From Gammaproteobacteria bacterium (GTDB taxonomy: Bacteria; Pseudomonadota; Gammaproteobacteria; Chromatiales; Chromatiaceae), in contig JAUXDV010000001.1 of NCBI GenBank assembly GCA_030620735.1, positions 1 through 32,297 of the forward strand: a stretch of 32,297 bases of DNA. Reading direction: 5' to 3'. The notes beneath the pieces were generated by a model that was not told the origin of the DNA, did not search any database, and saw only the letters and a list, made by a program, of their open reading frames with translations. Both the position numbers and the translations under genes were made by a program. Below, piece by piece: positions 1 to 7,110 of this stretch (the stretch's first letter is position 1; each line of letters opens with the position of its first letter).

Positions 1-270
1 AACCGCACCACTCTAAAAATTATCGACATCGAGGCCGGACTGAAACGCCCTATCGTGCTGGACCAACTTGACCTGATCCGGCTGCGCAACATCTCGCCGG
101 CGTTCACGGGTGAGATGAAGATCTTCGAGACCGAGCCCCACCTGTTGCACATCTCCTGGCAGCATCCGCAAGCCACAGCAACCCTGAAAGCCGATCTGCG
201 CAATCACAGCTTCACGGTTTACCAGGGCGACGGTACGGACGAAGAAGTCCTTATCTCCTTCGAGTCTTAG
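1..270 (+). CDS. 3' end (C-terminal ~89 aa) of a gene entering from upstream; resembles the C-terminal domain of sucrose-phosphorylase-like (GH13_18) sugar phosphorylases
   Basis: Frame 1 is open from nt 1 to TAG 268-270 (NRTTLKIIDIEAGLKRPIVLDQLDLIRLRNISPAFTGEMKIF...). From memory, the RP-[IV]-V...L...RN..PAF.G pattern is typical of the C-terminus of sucrose phosphorylase relatives. It lies next to spp/sps. The antisense ORF 13..306 is not supported. Confidence 0.5.
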   Translation, partial: NRTTLKIIDIEAGLKRPIVLDQLDLIRLRNISPAFTGEMKIFETEPHLLHISWQHPQATATLKADLRNHSFTVYQGDGTDEEVLISFES

Positions 271-327
271 CCCCCCCCGTGATTGACCCCAGTCGAATTT
301 CGACAAACACTGCTACGGAGAACGAAA

Positions 328-1143
328 ATGAGAATCCTTGCGACTGATCTGGACCGGACGTTACTCCCGAACGGTAGCTGGCCACCGGATCCCGGCGCCA
401 TCGACCTCTTCAATGAACTCACTGAAAAGCATGACGTGCTGGTCGTCTATGTAACCGGCAGGAATCTTAACCTGACCGAGAATGCGATCAGGGAGTTTGG
501 CATCCGTTATCCCCATGTGCTCATCGGCGACGTCGGCACATCGATCCGGAAGTACGAACAAGACGGCTGGAAGTCCCACGACGGTTGGGTTACCCATGTA
601 AAACAGACCAGTCCCAGGTGGGATGCAGACGCGGTACGCAGCGCCGTAGCCGGAGTGGACGGCCTGACCGAGCAGGAGCGTGAGCATTGCGGCCTGTTCA
701 AGCAAAGTTACTACGTTGACCATGACAGGAGCGAGGCCATCTTGAAGGCCGTCGACGAACGGGTAAAAGATAAGTTCGACGAGGTTGTCGTTTACAGCTT
801 CGACTCTCAAACCGGCAAGGGCCTTCTCGACTTTCTCCCGCAAAGCGCAACCAAACAGACCGCACTCGAATACATCGCCGACGAATTTGGCGCCAGCAAG
901 TCGGATGTCGTCTTCTGTGGCGACAGCGGCAATGACGTCTTCCCACTCACGGCGGGCTTCTCCGGCGTGCTTGTGCGAAACGCGGACGAGCAGCTCGTCG
1001 CCGGCGTCAAGCAGGCGGCTGACGCGCACCCTGAACTTAAGCTTTACTTCGCGAAAGGCGGCTTCAAGGGCCTGAACGGTTTCTACACCAGTGGCGTCAT
1101 CGAAGGTGCCTACCACTACGGGATATTCTGCGACTCCGTTTGA
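328..1143 (+). CDS. spp: sucrose-6-phosphate phosphatase-like HAD-IIB hydrolase
   Basis: I moved the start to ATG 328, preceded by ACGGAG at 315-320. The N-terminus is MRILATDLDRTLL, which carries the canonical HAD motif I DxDxT. It also has VYVTGR and a C-terminal GDSGND motif. It is convergent with a sucrose-phosphate synthase gene. Confidence 0.8.
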   Translation: MRILATDLDRTLLPNGSWPPDPGAIDLFNELTEKHDVLVVYVTGRNLNLTENAIREFGIRYPHVLIGDVGTSIRKYEQDGWKSHDGWVTHVKQTSPRWDADAVRSAVAGVDGLTEQEREHCGLFKQSYYVDHDRSEAILKAVDERVKDKFDEVVVYSFDSQTGKGLLDFLPQSATKQTALEYIADEFGASKSDVVFCGDSGNDVFPLTAGFSGVLVRNADEQLVAGVKQAADAHPELKLYFAKGGFKGLNGFYTSGVIEGAYHYGIFCDSV

Positions 1144-1198
1144 GGCCCTTTGGGGAGCAGCGTCCGTTCGAGATCGCTGCAGACAAGGAGTCGACAAA

Positions 1199-3352
1199 TC
1201 ATGATGGCGCCTGCACCTTGCAGGTATTGAAAAAATCGTAGTATTCGAATGCTTCAAGAATACCCGCTGCATGCGGCTGGCCGGCGAAATAGATGCGCTC
1301 CTGATCCTCCAGCTGCGACAACTCCTCATGATGGCGGTTGCTCACAACCACGGCCAGTGTATTACCACGCATCATATCCTCATCAGCGCCGGAACCGCCC
1401 GCCACCAGGAGATGTTCGAGGGGGATATCGAGTCGTTGGGCGACATATCGCAGCGCCTGTCCCTTGGAAGCCCGCGATGGAACAAAGTCAAGGAACTGGC
1501 CGAAAGAGTATTGTATGTTGGCGGTGATCTCCTTCTGCCTGGCAAGGGCGATAATCTCGTCAATAGACGGTCCCTTCTCCGGATCGTAGTACCATGAAAC
1601 CTTGAACTGGCTCTGCTCCCGCCTGGGCTGAAGCTCAAGACCGTGCAGGCCGGAGAGTGCCCTGCGCACCCGGCTGGGATTCCAGTCATGATCGATATGA
1701 TCAGCCCAGTGGTCATCTTCCGTTAATGCCCGTCCATAGTGGATGCGTGTCCCGAGGCTGCTGATCAAGACATCCGGGTGTGGTATTCCGTGCTTCTTGA
1801 TCACGGCCAGTGCAGAATCCAGACGGCGGCCGGTGGCAATGCCGAAAATCACACACTTGCGGTTTTCCCTCACCACCGCGGAAAAATGCTCCAGCATTTG
1901 TTGATTTCCCAGCAGATTCTGATCCAGATCGCTGAAAATGGCGCGATCCCGGTAGCGAACTGCCCGCGGTGCGGGTCGTTCACCGGGAGCAGGGACACTC
2001 CTGCCATGCAGTTTGCCGATACATGCCATGTAACTTTTGGTATGGGCCTGCCAGGTATAGTGTTGCCGCACTCCCTCGATCCCGTTTCGAGACGCCTGCG
2101 ACCATGCCTCAGGATCATCAAGAAAAGTCAGCAAGGCTTTTGTAATGGCCTCTTTATCCAGCGGATCCACCAGTATTCCATTTTGACAGTTGGCAAGAAT
2201 GTCAACGGGCCCGCCATTTTCCGTTGCCACAACGGGCAGACCGCTGGCGGCAGCCTCCAAAATAGTCAGACCGAAAGGTTCGGTCAGCGCCGGATTGATG
2301 AACACGCCGCGACTCGCCGCTGCCAGGCGGTAAATCTCAGGCACCTCTTCGGCGCGGTGGCTCTTGGGCACTGCTACTTTGCCATAGAGATCATAGCTGT
2401 CGATCAGCAGCAGGATGTTGGTCAATACCGATTGAGCACCCGCTTCCATGTCACCGATGTCATCGCGGCTGCCGGCAATAATCAACAGGTTGGCTGCCTG
2501 CTGCAGCTCACTGGATTCACCGAATACCTCCAGCAGGATAAGGATATTTTTACGTTCATCCGGCCGCGACAGGGCAAGAATGAGGGGCTTGCCGGGCTTG
2601 CTTAAAAAACGCTCCAATTGTTCACCAAAGGCGACTTGCTCTCCGTCGCCTGGCGGGTAAAATTGCTGCAAATCGGTGCCTGGTGGAATAACCACCATGC
2701 GTTCCGGATCATAGTAATTGTAGAGCCCGTACTGCTCCTCGATTTCATTTTGCGTGCTGGTGATCACCAGGTCGGCGTTGGCCAGCACCTCCTCCTCTGC
2801 ATCGATGCGGCGCGCAATGTTGTAGGTGTGCTCGATCTCATCGCGCGACAGCCCCCGGGCCAACAGCCGTTTGCGCTTGTCCCGGCCCAGTGAATGCCCC
2901 GTATGGATGAGTGGAACAGCCAGCAGGTTGGCGAGCCGCACCCCAACGTAGCCGGCATCAGCATAGTGACTGTGCACCAGCTCTGGCATGCGGGGCTGAT
3001 CGTTGAGCCAATTGAGCAGGTTGTCAGTGAAGCTGTCAAGATGGTCCCACAGCTGCTCCTTTGGAAGATATTCGTCCGGTCCGGCATCGATGCGGATGAT
3101 GCGCATTTTGTCTGACAGGATCTCGACAGGTGCAGCATAGTCATCGCTGACAGCCGGATCCACCACCCTGCGCGTCACCAGGTCCACGCGTTCGACATCA
3201 TCGTCCATGGAGAGGCTGCGGGCCAAATCCAGCACGTACTTGGTCTGTCCGCCGGTGTCGGCATCACGCCCAAGCTCCAGATCAAGGCCGCGAATCAGGC
3301 CATGAACGCTGATCAGCAGCAGATACCGTTTTTGCGCTTTACTACGTGTCAT
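1199..3352 (-). CDS. sps: sucrose-phosphate synthase: GT4 glycosyltransferase domain fused to a C-terminal SPP-like HAD domain
   Basis: I moved the start to ATG 3350-3352 (MTRSKAQKRYLLLISVHGLIRG...), with GGAGAAACA just upstream on the minus strand. It has GT-B/GT4 motifs (HSHYADAG, EPFGLTILEAAASGLPVVAT). The C-terminal half is HAD-like (AIFSDLDQNLLG ... GGSGADEDMM). Confidence 0.85.
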   Translation of the reverse strand: MTRSKAQKRYLLLISVHGLIRGLDLELGRDADTGGQTKYVLDLARSLSMDDDVERVDLVTRRVVDPAVSDDYAAPVEILSDKMRIIRIDAGPDEYLPKEQLWDHLDSFTDNLLNWLNDQPRMPELVHSHYADAGYVGVRLANLLAVPLIHTGHSLGRDKRKRLLARGLSRDEIEHTYNIARRIDAEEEVLANADLVITSTQNEIEEQYGLYNYYDPERMVVIPPGTDLQQFYPPGDGEQVAFGEQLERFLSKPGKPLILALSRPDERKNILILLEVFGESSELQQAANLLIIAGSRDDIGDMEAGAQSVLTNILLLIDSYDLYGKVAVPKSHRAEEVPEIYRLAAASRGVFINPALTEPFGLTILEAAASGLPVVATENGGPVDILANCQNGILVDPLDKEAITKALLTFLDDPEAWSQASRNGIEGVRQHYTWQAHTKSYMACIGKLHGRSVPAPGERPAPRAVRYRDRAIFSDLDQNLLGNQQMLEHFSAVVRENRKCVIFGIATGRRLDSALAVIKKHGIPHPDVLISSLGTRIHYGRALTEDDHWADHIDHDWNPSRVRRALSGLHGLELQPRREQSQFKVSWYYDPEKGPSIDEIIALARQKEITANIQYSFGQFLDFVPSRASKGQALRYVAQRLDIPLEHLLVAGGSGADEDMMRGNTLAVVVSNRHHEELSQLEDQERIYFAGQPHAAGILEAFEYYDFFNTCKVQAPS

Positions 3353-3856
3353 TGTTTCTCCAAGCTTGATCCGGGAAATAATGGATGAGGCAGAAATCCG
3401 CATCTGAGGTTTTGAGAATTACATAACATGCGGGCATATGCAAGTCTCAACAGGGCGTTCAGACAATGATTGTTCACTGCCTGGGTGGAAAATCACTCAA
3501 GCGATGTCAGGAACCGGGGGTATAGTGTGTTCCTGAGCATGACAAAGAAAAAGAGTCCATGCCAATCCGTTCACAATAACGGCTTGATTGCGAAAGCTTT
3601 GAATGACCGTATGGAGTAGCTAATTTCTGAATCAGCGATCTGAGCAGATTTTGAGGGGTGCTGTGAATGACCGGTCAATGCTCCAATCTGTCATTGAGAG
3701 ATCATGTCAGAATCAACTCTCTACCATTGCTTCCTTTCATCACACCAAATTCGCCCATTTTGAGAAAATTTACTCGATTTATTGTCTCCCCTTGGGAGGG
3801 TTAAAACCCCCAGCTTCAGCTGGCAGCTTTCAGCATGAAGCGGTACTCTATGATGC

Positions 3857-3922
3857 ATGAAAGAGTGTAGAAGAGGAAGTCATTCAGTATTCCAGATTCA
3901 TCTCCACATGGTGTGGTGTACC
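3857..3922 (+). pseudogene. N-terminal stub (~22 codons) of an IS200/IS605-family Y1 transposase (tnpA)
   Basis: MKECRRGSHSVFQIHLHMVWCT matches the conserved TnpA N-terminus (R-G-SHSV-[FY]-x-[IL]-x-[YL]-H-[LM]-VW-[CV]-T-KYR). The expected KYR and the HUH and Tyr motifs are missing, because the frame continues into unrelated AT-rich membrane-protein-like sequence. Hairpins lie upstream, for example CCAGCT-TC-AGCTGG at about 3811-3824. Confidence 0.6.
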
Positions 3923-4153
3923 ACTCTAACTATTCTAGAAAAAAACAATATAAACAAACCCATTATTGCATGCGTGTCAGGCTTAATCATGGCAATCATA
4001 GTCTTCTTTGCAATTTCTATAGTTAACAATTATCCTTCTTTATCACAAACATGGCCTCTAGCAACTTTCTTTGTTTGTATAGGTGCCTTTTGCGGCGCTA
4101 CAGCTAGCGCATTAGCTCGCACTAACAAGGCCAATCAACATGGATCAAAATAA
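3857..4153 (+). CDS. hypothetical small membrane protein (two predicted TM segments); the 5' end is a chimera with the tnpA stub and the true start is uncertain (alternative ATG 3908)
   Basis: A 98-codon open frame is notable in ~38-40% GC DNA. It has hydrophobic stretches PIIACVSGLIMAIIVFFAISIV and WPLATFFVCIGAFCGATASAL. Its last codons and stop codon lie inside attC-like site 1, as is usual for integron cassettes. Confidence 0.4.
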   Translation: MKECRRGSHSVFQIHLHMVWCTTLTILEKNNINKPIIACVSGLIMAIIVFFAISIVNNYPSLSQTWPLATFFVCIGAFCGATASALARTNKANQHGSK

Positions 4154-4210
4154 GTGCCGTGAGTCTTTTTTCGCGGCACTTATTTTGCCCAGTTATTGGC
4201 AACGTTAGCA
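4119..4210 (+). other. attC-like recombination site 1 (~92 nt)
   Basis: The boxes are GCACTAAC (R''-like, 4119-4126), AA, GGCCAAT (L''-like, 4129-4135), then ATTGGC (L', 4195-4200), AAC, GTTAGCA (R', 4204-4210). The central stem is perfect over 13 bp: AAAATAAGTGCCG 4147-4159 pairs with CGGCACTTATTTT 4174-4186. L''/L' pair over 6 bp and R''/R' over CTAAC/GTTAG. Confidence 0.6.
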
Positions 4211-4227
4211 GCAATAAACCGCCCATC

Positions 4228-4256
4228 TTGCAATACGTGCAATAAAGGTATATATT
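4228..4256 (+). promoter_or_regulatory. sigma70-type promoter for brnTA, with a candidate operator
   Basis: The -35 is TTGCAA (4228-4233), the spacer is 17 nt, and the -10 is TATATT (4251-4256). The brnT ATG is at 4264 with no Shine-Dalgarno sequence, so the transcript may be leaderless. TGCAATA is repeated directly at 4229-4235 and 4238-4244, overlapping the -35. Confidence 0.5.
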
Positions 4257-4263
4257 TTATACC

Positions 4264-4527
4264 ATGTATCAATTCGAGTTCGACGAACAAAAAAGCGCAT
4301 CAAATCTGAAAAAGCATGGTATTGACTTTGTTACTGCCCAGGAACTTTGGAGTGATCCCGATCTTATTGAAATTAAGGCAAACTCTGACGATGAACCTCG
4401 TCATTTAATTGTTGCTAGCTTCGCAGGCAAACACTGGTCAGCAGTAGTGACCTATCGTAGAGATACAATCAGGCTTATTTCAGTAAGTCGTTCACGTAAA
4501 TCCGAGGTGCAACTCTATGAAAGCTAA
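4264..4527 (+). CDS. brnT: BrnT-family (DUF497) type II toxin
   Basis: The sequence is MYQFEFDEQKSASNLKKHGIDFVTAQELWSDP...IRLISVSRSRKSEVQLY. It carries the F-E-[FW]-D-x-x-K-x-x-x-N-x-x-KHG-[IV]-x-F signature and a C-terminal IR-[IL]-IS-x-R motif. It overlaps the downstream RHH gene by 11 nt. Confidence 0.8.
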   Translation: MYQFEFDEQKSASNLKKHGIDFVTAQELWSDPDLIEIKANSDDEPRHLIVASFAGKHWSAVVTYRRDTIRLISVSRSRKSEVQLYES

Positions 4528-4771
4528 AGCATTTGATAAAAACTTCGATGAAAACAAACAAGATATCATTGATGATCTTGATCTGACTACCTTACAGCGC
4601 CCTAATCAAAAACAAAAAAGAGTCAATGTTGATTTCCCTTCCTGGGTTATCGAATCTCTTGATAAAGAAGCAAGCCGTGTTGGCGTAACGCGCCAGTCCA
4701 TCATCAAGCTTTGGCTTGTAGAACGTCTTGAGGAAAAAGCTGCCAACAAGGCAAATGTACTCGGACAGTAA
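4517..4771 (+). CDS. brnA: BrnA/CopG-like ribbon-helix-helix antitoxin
   Basis: It is an 84-aa protein immediately downstream of brnT and overlapping it. The C-terminal part RVNVDFPSWVIESLDKEASRVGVTRQSIIKLWLVERL has an RHH pattern. Its stop codon (4769-4771) sits at the base of the attC-like site 2 stem. Confidence 0.7.
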   Translation: MKAKAFDKNFDENKQDIIDDLDLTTLQRPNQKQKRVNVDFPSWVIESLDKEASRVGVTRQSIIKLWLVERLEEKAANKANVLGQ

Positions 4772-4828
4772 AAAGCGCCGCACCTTCGTCGCTCTGCTTT
4801 TTGCTGCCGGTGATTTGCGACGTTAGCA
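4739..4828 (+). other. attC-like recombination site 2 (~90 nt)
   Basis: The boxes are GCTGCCAAC (R''-like, 4739-4747), AA, GGCAAAT (L''-like, 4750-4756), then ATTTGC (L', 4813-4818), GAC, GTTAGCA (R', 4822-4828). CTGCCAAC pairs with GTTAGCAG at 7 of 8 positions. GCAAAT pairs perfectly with ATTTGC. The imperfect central stem includes AAAAAGC 4770-4776 with GCTTTTT 4796-4802, CAG/CTG and CGG/CCG. Confidence 0.6.
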
Positions 4829-4835
4829 GAAATTC

Positions 4836-5366
4836 ATGCATATTCGAATAGCAACAAGTCTGGATCTTGACGATGTCCGCGGGGTCCATTTATGCGCCTT
4901 CCCAGATGGCGAGAGAGAGATTGTCTCGAAACTCGCTATTAATCAACTTTCCGAAGAAACAACTCCGCAAACAATATCCTTAGTGGCTGAAACCGATGGC
5001 ACTGTAGTTGGCCACGTAGCGTTCAGCCCCGTGACAATCGACACCAACGAAAATTTGCAGGGCTATATTTTGGCCCCACTCGGCGTAAAGCCCGAATATC
5101 AAAAGCGTTGCATTGGATCGAAACTAATAGAAAGTGGCATGCATCGGTTATTAGAAATGGAGGTAAATATGCTGTTTGTTTATGGTGACCCTAAATATTA
5201 CAGCAGATTTGGTTTCAACGTCGATGCTTCCGCTCGATATATTCCACCTTACAAGCTTCAATATCCTTTTGGGTGGCAGGCCATCACCCTTAACGAATGT
5301 AATATTGCAACATCACCTGTCAAATTAACTTGCATCGCTTCGTTATGCGACTCAGAACTTTGGTAA
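4836..5366 (+). CDS. GNAT family N-acetyltransferase (YhbS/COG3153-like)
   Basis: The acetyl-CoA-binding region is LGVKPEYQKRCIGSKLIESGM (Q/R-x-x-G-x-G/A-like). VYGDPKYYSRFGF is typical of the YhbS-like subgroup. The ATG lies 13 nt after the R' G|TT of site 2, with no obvious Shine-Dalgarno sequence. Confidence 0.75.
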   Translation: MHIRIATSLDLDDVRGVHLCAFPDGEREIVSKLAINQLSEETTPQTISLVAETDGTVVGHVAFSPVTIDTNENLQGYILAPLGVKPEYQKRCIGSKLIESGMHRLLEMEVNMLFVYGDPKYYSRFGFNVDASARYIPPYKLQYPFGWQAITLNECNIATSPVKLTCIASLCDSELW

Positions 5367-5506
5367 CCACACTGGCCTCTGAGCTTATAAGTTATAAACA
5401 GCCCGCGTATGACTGTTGTGGAGAAATGACAGGCGTCCAACAATCCTTAACAATGGTCATTCACCTGCCATTGGACGCAATCCCCTTATGCAACAGGCTA
5501 TTACTG

Positions 5507-6430
5507 TCACTCCTGTGATTTCCTACGCTTGCGCGCCCTAGGATGCGCCTTATCATACACCTGCGCCAGGTGCTGAAAATCGAGATGGGTATAGATCTGG
5601 GTGGTGCTGATATCGGCATGCCCGAGCAACTCCTGCACGGCGCGCAAGTCACTCGATGACTCCAGCAGGTGGCTGGCGAAGGAGTGGCGCAGCATGTGCG
5701 GATGCAGGTGCTGCGCAAGCCCCTGCTGCTGCGCACGATATGCCAGGCGCTGCTGTACCGTTCGCGGACTGATGCGCTTGCCTCGCTTGCTAACAAACAG
5801 CGCCTGCTCCTGTGTGGATGCAAGTTGGGAACGCGCCTTCAACCAGGCATCCAGGGCATTGCGGGCCATGCCGCCAACCGGAACCCGTCGTGTTTTTGCC
5901 CCTTTACCGGTTACCTCCAGTTGATCACCAACGGCAGGCAAATCCTCCACATCCAGCGACACCAGTTCGGCAAGGCGCAAACCTGATGAGTAGAAGAGTT
6001 CCATCATGGCGCGGTCGCGCAGCAGCAGTGGGTCGCGGCCGTGCATATTCAGCAGTTGTGCAACCTCGTCGGCATCAGCCAGATGCGGCAACGGGCGCTT
6101 CACCTTTGGCGCACGCACTCCCTCTGCGGGATTCTGCGTTGTCTCCCCCTCTCGAAGCAGATAACGATAGAAACAGCGCAGACTGGAGAGTTGCCGTTGC
6201 AGGCTCTTGCCGCCAATCCCATCGCGATGGCGGCTGGCAATCCACGTCCGAACCTGGTGTTGGCGCACCTGTGGCCAGCGTATCTGTTCGCCAAAGGGTA
6301 GTTGCTTCTGCAACCACGCCGAGAACTGTTTCAGATCCCGCTGGTAACTCTCCAGCGTGGCCGCAGAGAGACGGCGTTCATAGCGGATATAATCAAGAAA
6401 TGCAGCGATCAGGTCAACAGCGTGACTCAT
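5507..6430 (-). CDS. xerC: tyrosine recombinase XerC
   Basis: The protein is 307 aa. It has an N-terminal SAM-like domain ([23 protein letters not shown]). The catalytic region includes [12 protein letters not shown] and [13 protein letters not shown]. It sits in the conserved dapF-DUF484-xerC operon. Its ATG overlaps the upstream gene's TGA (ATGA at 6427-6430). Confidence 0.9.
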   Translation of the reverse strand: MSHAVDLIAAFLDYIRYERRLSAATLESYQRDLKQFSAWLQKQLPFGEQIRWPQVRQHQVRTWIASRHRDGIGGKSLQRQLSSLRCFYRYLLREGETTQNPAEGVRAPKVKRPLPHLADADEVAQLLNMHGRDPLLLRDRAMMELFYSSGLRLAELVSLDVEDLPAVGDQLEVTGKGAKTRRVPVGGMARNALDAWLKARSQLASTQEQALFVSKRGKRISPRTVQQRLAYRAQQQGLAQHLHPHMLRHSFASHLLESSSDLRAVQELLGHADISTTQIYTHLDFQHLAQVYDKAHPRARKRRKSQE

Positions 6431-7110
6431 GCTTCAGCAGAGATGCGCGCCAATGCGTGACTGACCAGACCACCGAGGCGCTGCAGGAAACCCGTATCTT
6501 TGCCGGGGTGAAAGCGTTGTGCATCGCGGCTGCCGATTGCGAGAATGCCCCTGGTGTGCTTATGCTCCAGCGGGATCAATGCTGCAGAACCTGTCTCTGC
6601 AGCCAGTGAGCCAAACAGATACTCCAGCTGCTCTTTGTTCAAAACCCCGCACTTTGGTTTTCCATGCTGCAAAAAATCGGCAAACATCAGCGAGGCCGGC
6701 TGCCCTTCATTGACAGCCTTCTCCATATTGTCATCGGCAAACAGGCGCAGCTCCACCGCATCCGCATCGAACTGTTCACGCAGATCGTCGAGCAGAATAT
6801 CCATCAAACTTTCGAGATCATGACTCTCGACCAACATCAGGGTTAAATCATAGAGACGCTGATTAAGGTTTTCATTGTCGCGGGCAACTCCGATCAACTC
6901 CTCCAGCTGGGTGCGGTACTCATCTGCTTTGCCTCTCAGCAGCATGACCTGGCGTTGAATCAGAGAGATGCTGCCCCCGCCGGCATCATGAGCGATCTCC
7001 AGTTCCGACAACAATCCGGGGTGACGATCAAAATAGTCGCTATGGCCCTGTAGATACTCTCCGATTTCAGCTTCATACTGCTCATCAATCATTGCGTTCT
7101 CTTCTCTCAT
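6427..7110 (-). CDS. DUF484 (YigA-like) protein
   Basis: It holds the conserved position between dapF and xerC. The N-terminus ([21 protein letters not shown]) is typical of the family. ATGA overlaps occur at both ends (7107-7110 and 6427-6430). Confidence 0.8.
   Translation of the reverse strand: MREENAMIDEQYEAEIGEYLQGHSDYFDRHPGLLSELEIAHDAGGGSISLIQRQVMLLRGKADEYRTQLEELIGVARDNENLNQRLYDLTLMLVESHDLESLMDILLDDLREQFDADAVELRLFADDNMEKAVNEGQPASLMFADFLQHGKPKCGVLNKEQLEYLFGSLAAETGSAALIPLEHKHTRGILAIGSRDAQRFHPGKDTGFLQRLGGLVSHALARISAEA

Larger units (their letters stand above)
3923..5478 (+). mobile_element. integron-type gene-cassette array without an integrase (CALIN-like): membrane ORF / brnTA / GNAT
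   Basis: All genes are on one strand. Two attC-like sites share one architecture and an identical ACGTTAGCAG 3' box. G+C is low: 23/60 at 4261-4320 versus 35/60 at 5581-5640 by hand count. The cargo (a TA pair and a GNAT) is typical of chromosomal integron cassettes. The left and right boundaries are approximate. Confidence 0.5.

Noticed and set aside
1158-1181. GCAGCG...CGCTGC hairpin between the convergent spp and sps genes as a bidirectional terminator.
   Set aside because: It has only a 6-bp stem with a 12-nt loop and no U-tracts, so the evidence is insufficient.
361-1329. Long ORFs antisense to clearly recognisable genes: 361..1329, 1739..2605, 5812..6609, 7455..7982, 11136..12134, 11977..12531, 13228..14100, 14557..15141, 15322..15750, 19886..20539, 20004..20513, 26348..26854 and 26806..27339.
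   Set aside because: Each lies opposite a gene with strong family motifs. Their translations are low-complexity and rich in Arg, Ser, Cys and Pro, with no recognisable domains. Such shadow ORFs are expected in 55-60% GC DNA.
3651-3860. A 69-aa ORF upstream of the tnpA stub.
   Set aside because: It has a non-ATG start, no Shine-Dalgarno sequence and no recognisable motifs. It overlaps hairpin-rich DNA that is more likely the left-end region of the IS remnant.
3924-4027. A possible additional attC-like site: CTCTAAC at 3924-3930 paired with ATTTCT-ATA-GTTAACA at about 4010-4027.
   Set aside because: Box complementarity is weak (GTTA only in the core, 5 of 6 in the second box). The central region folds poorly. 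The site would lie inside the first TM-coding segment of an otherwise uninterrupted ORF.
5507-6430. Whether the tyrosine recombinase next to the cassette array is the integron integrase IntI.
   Set aside because: It is translationally coupled into the conserved dapF-DUF484-xerC operon. It is 307 aa and shows no sign of the extra IntI-specific insertion near the C-terminal catalytic region. It is convergent with the cassettes at the wrong (3') end of the array. I call it XerC.
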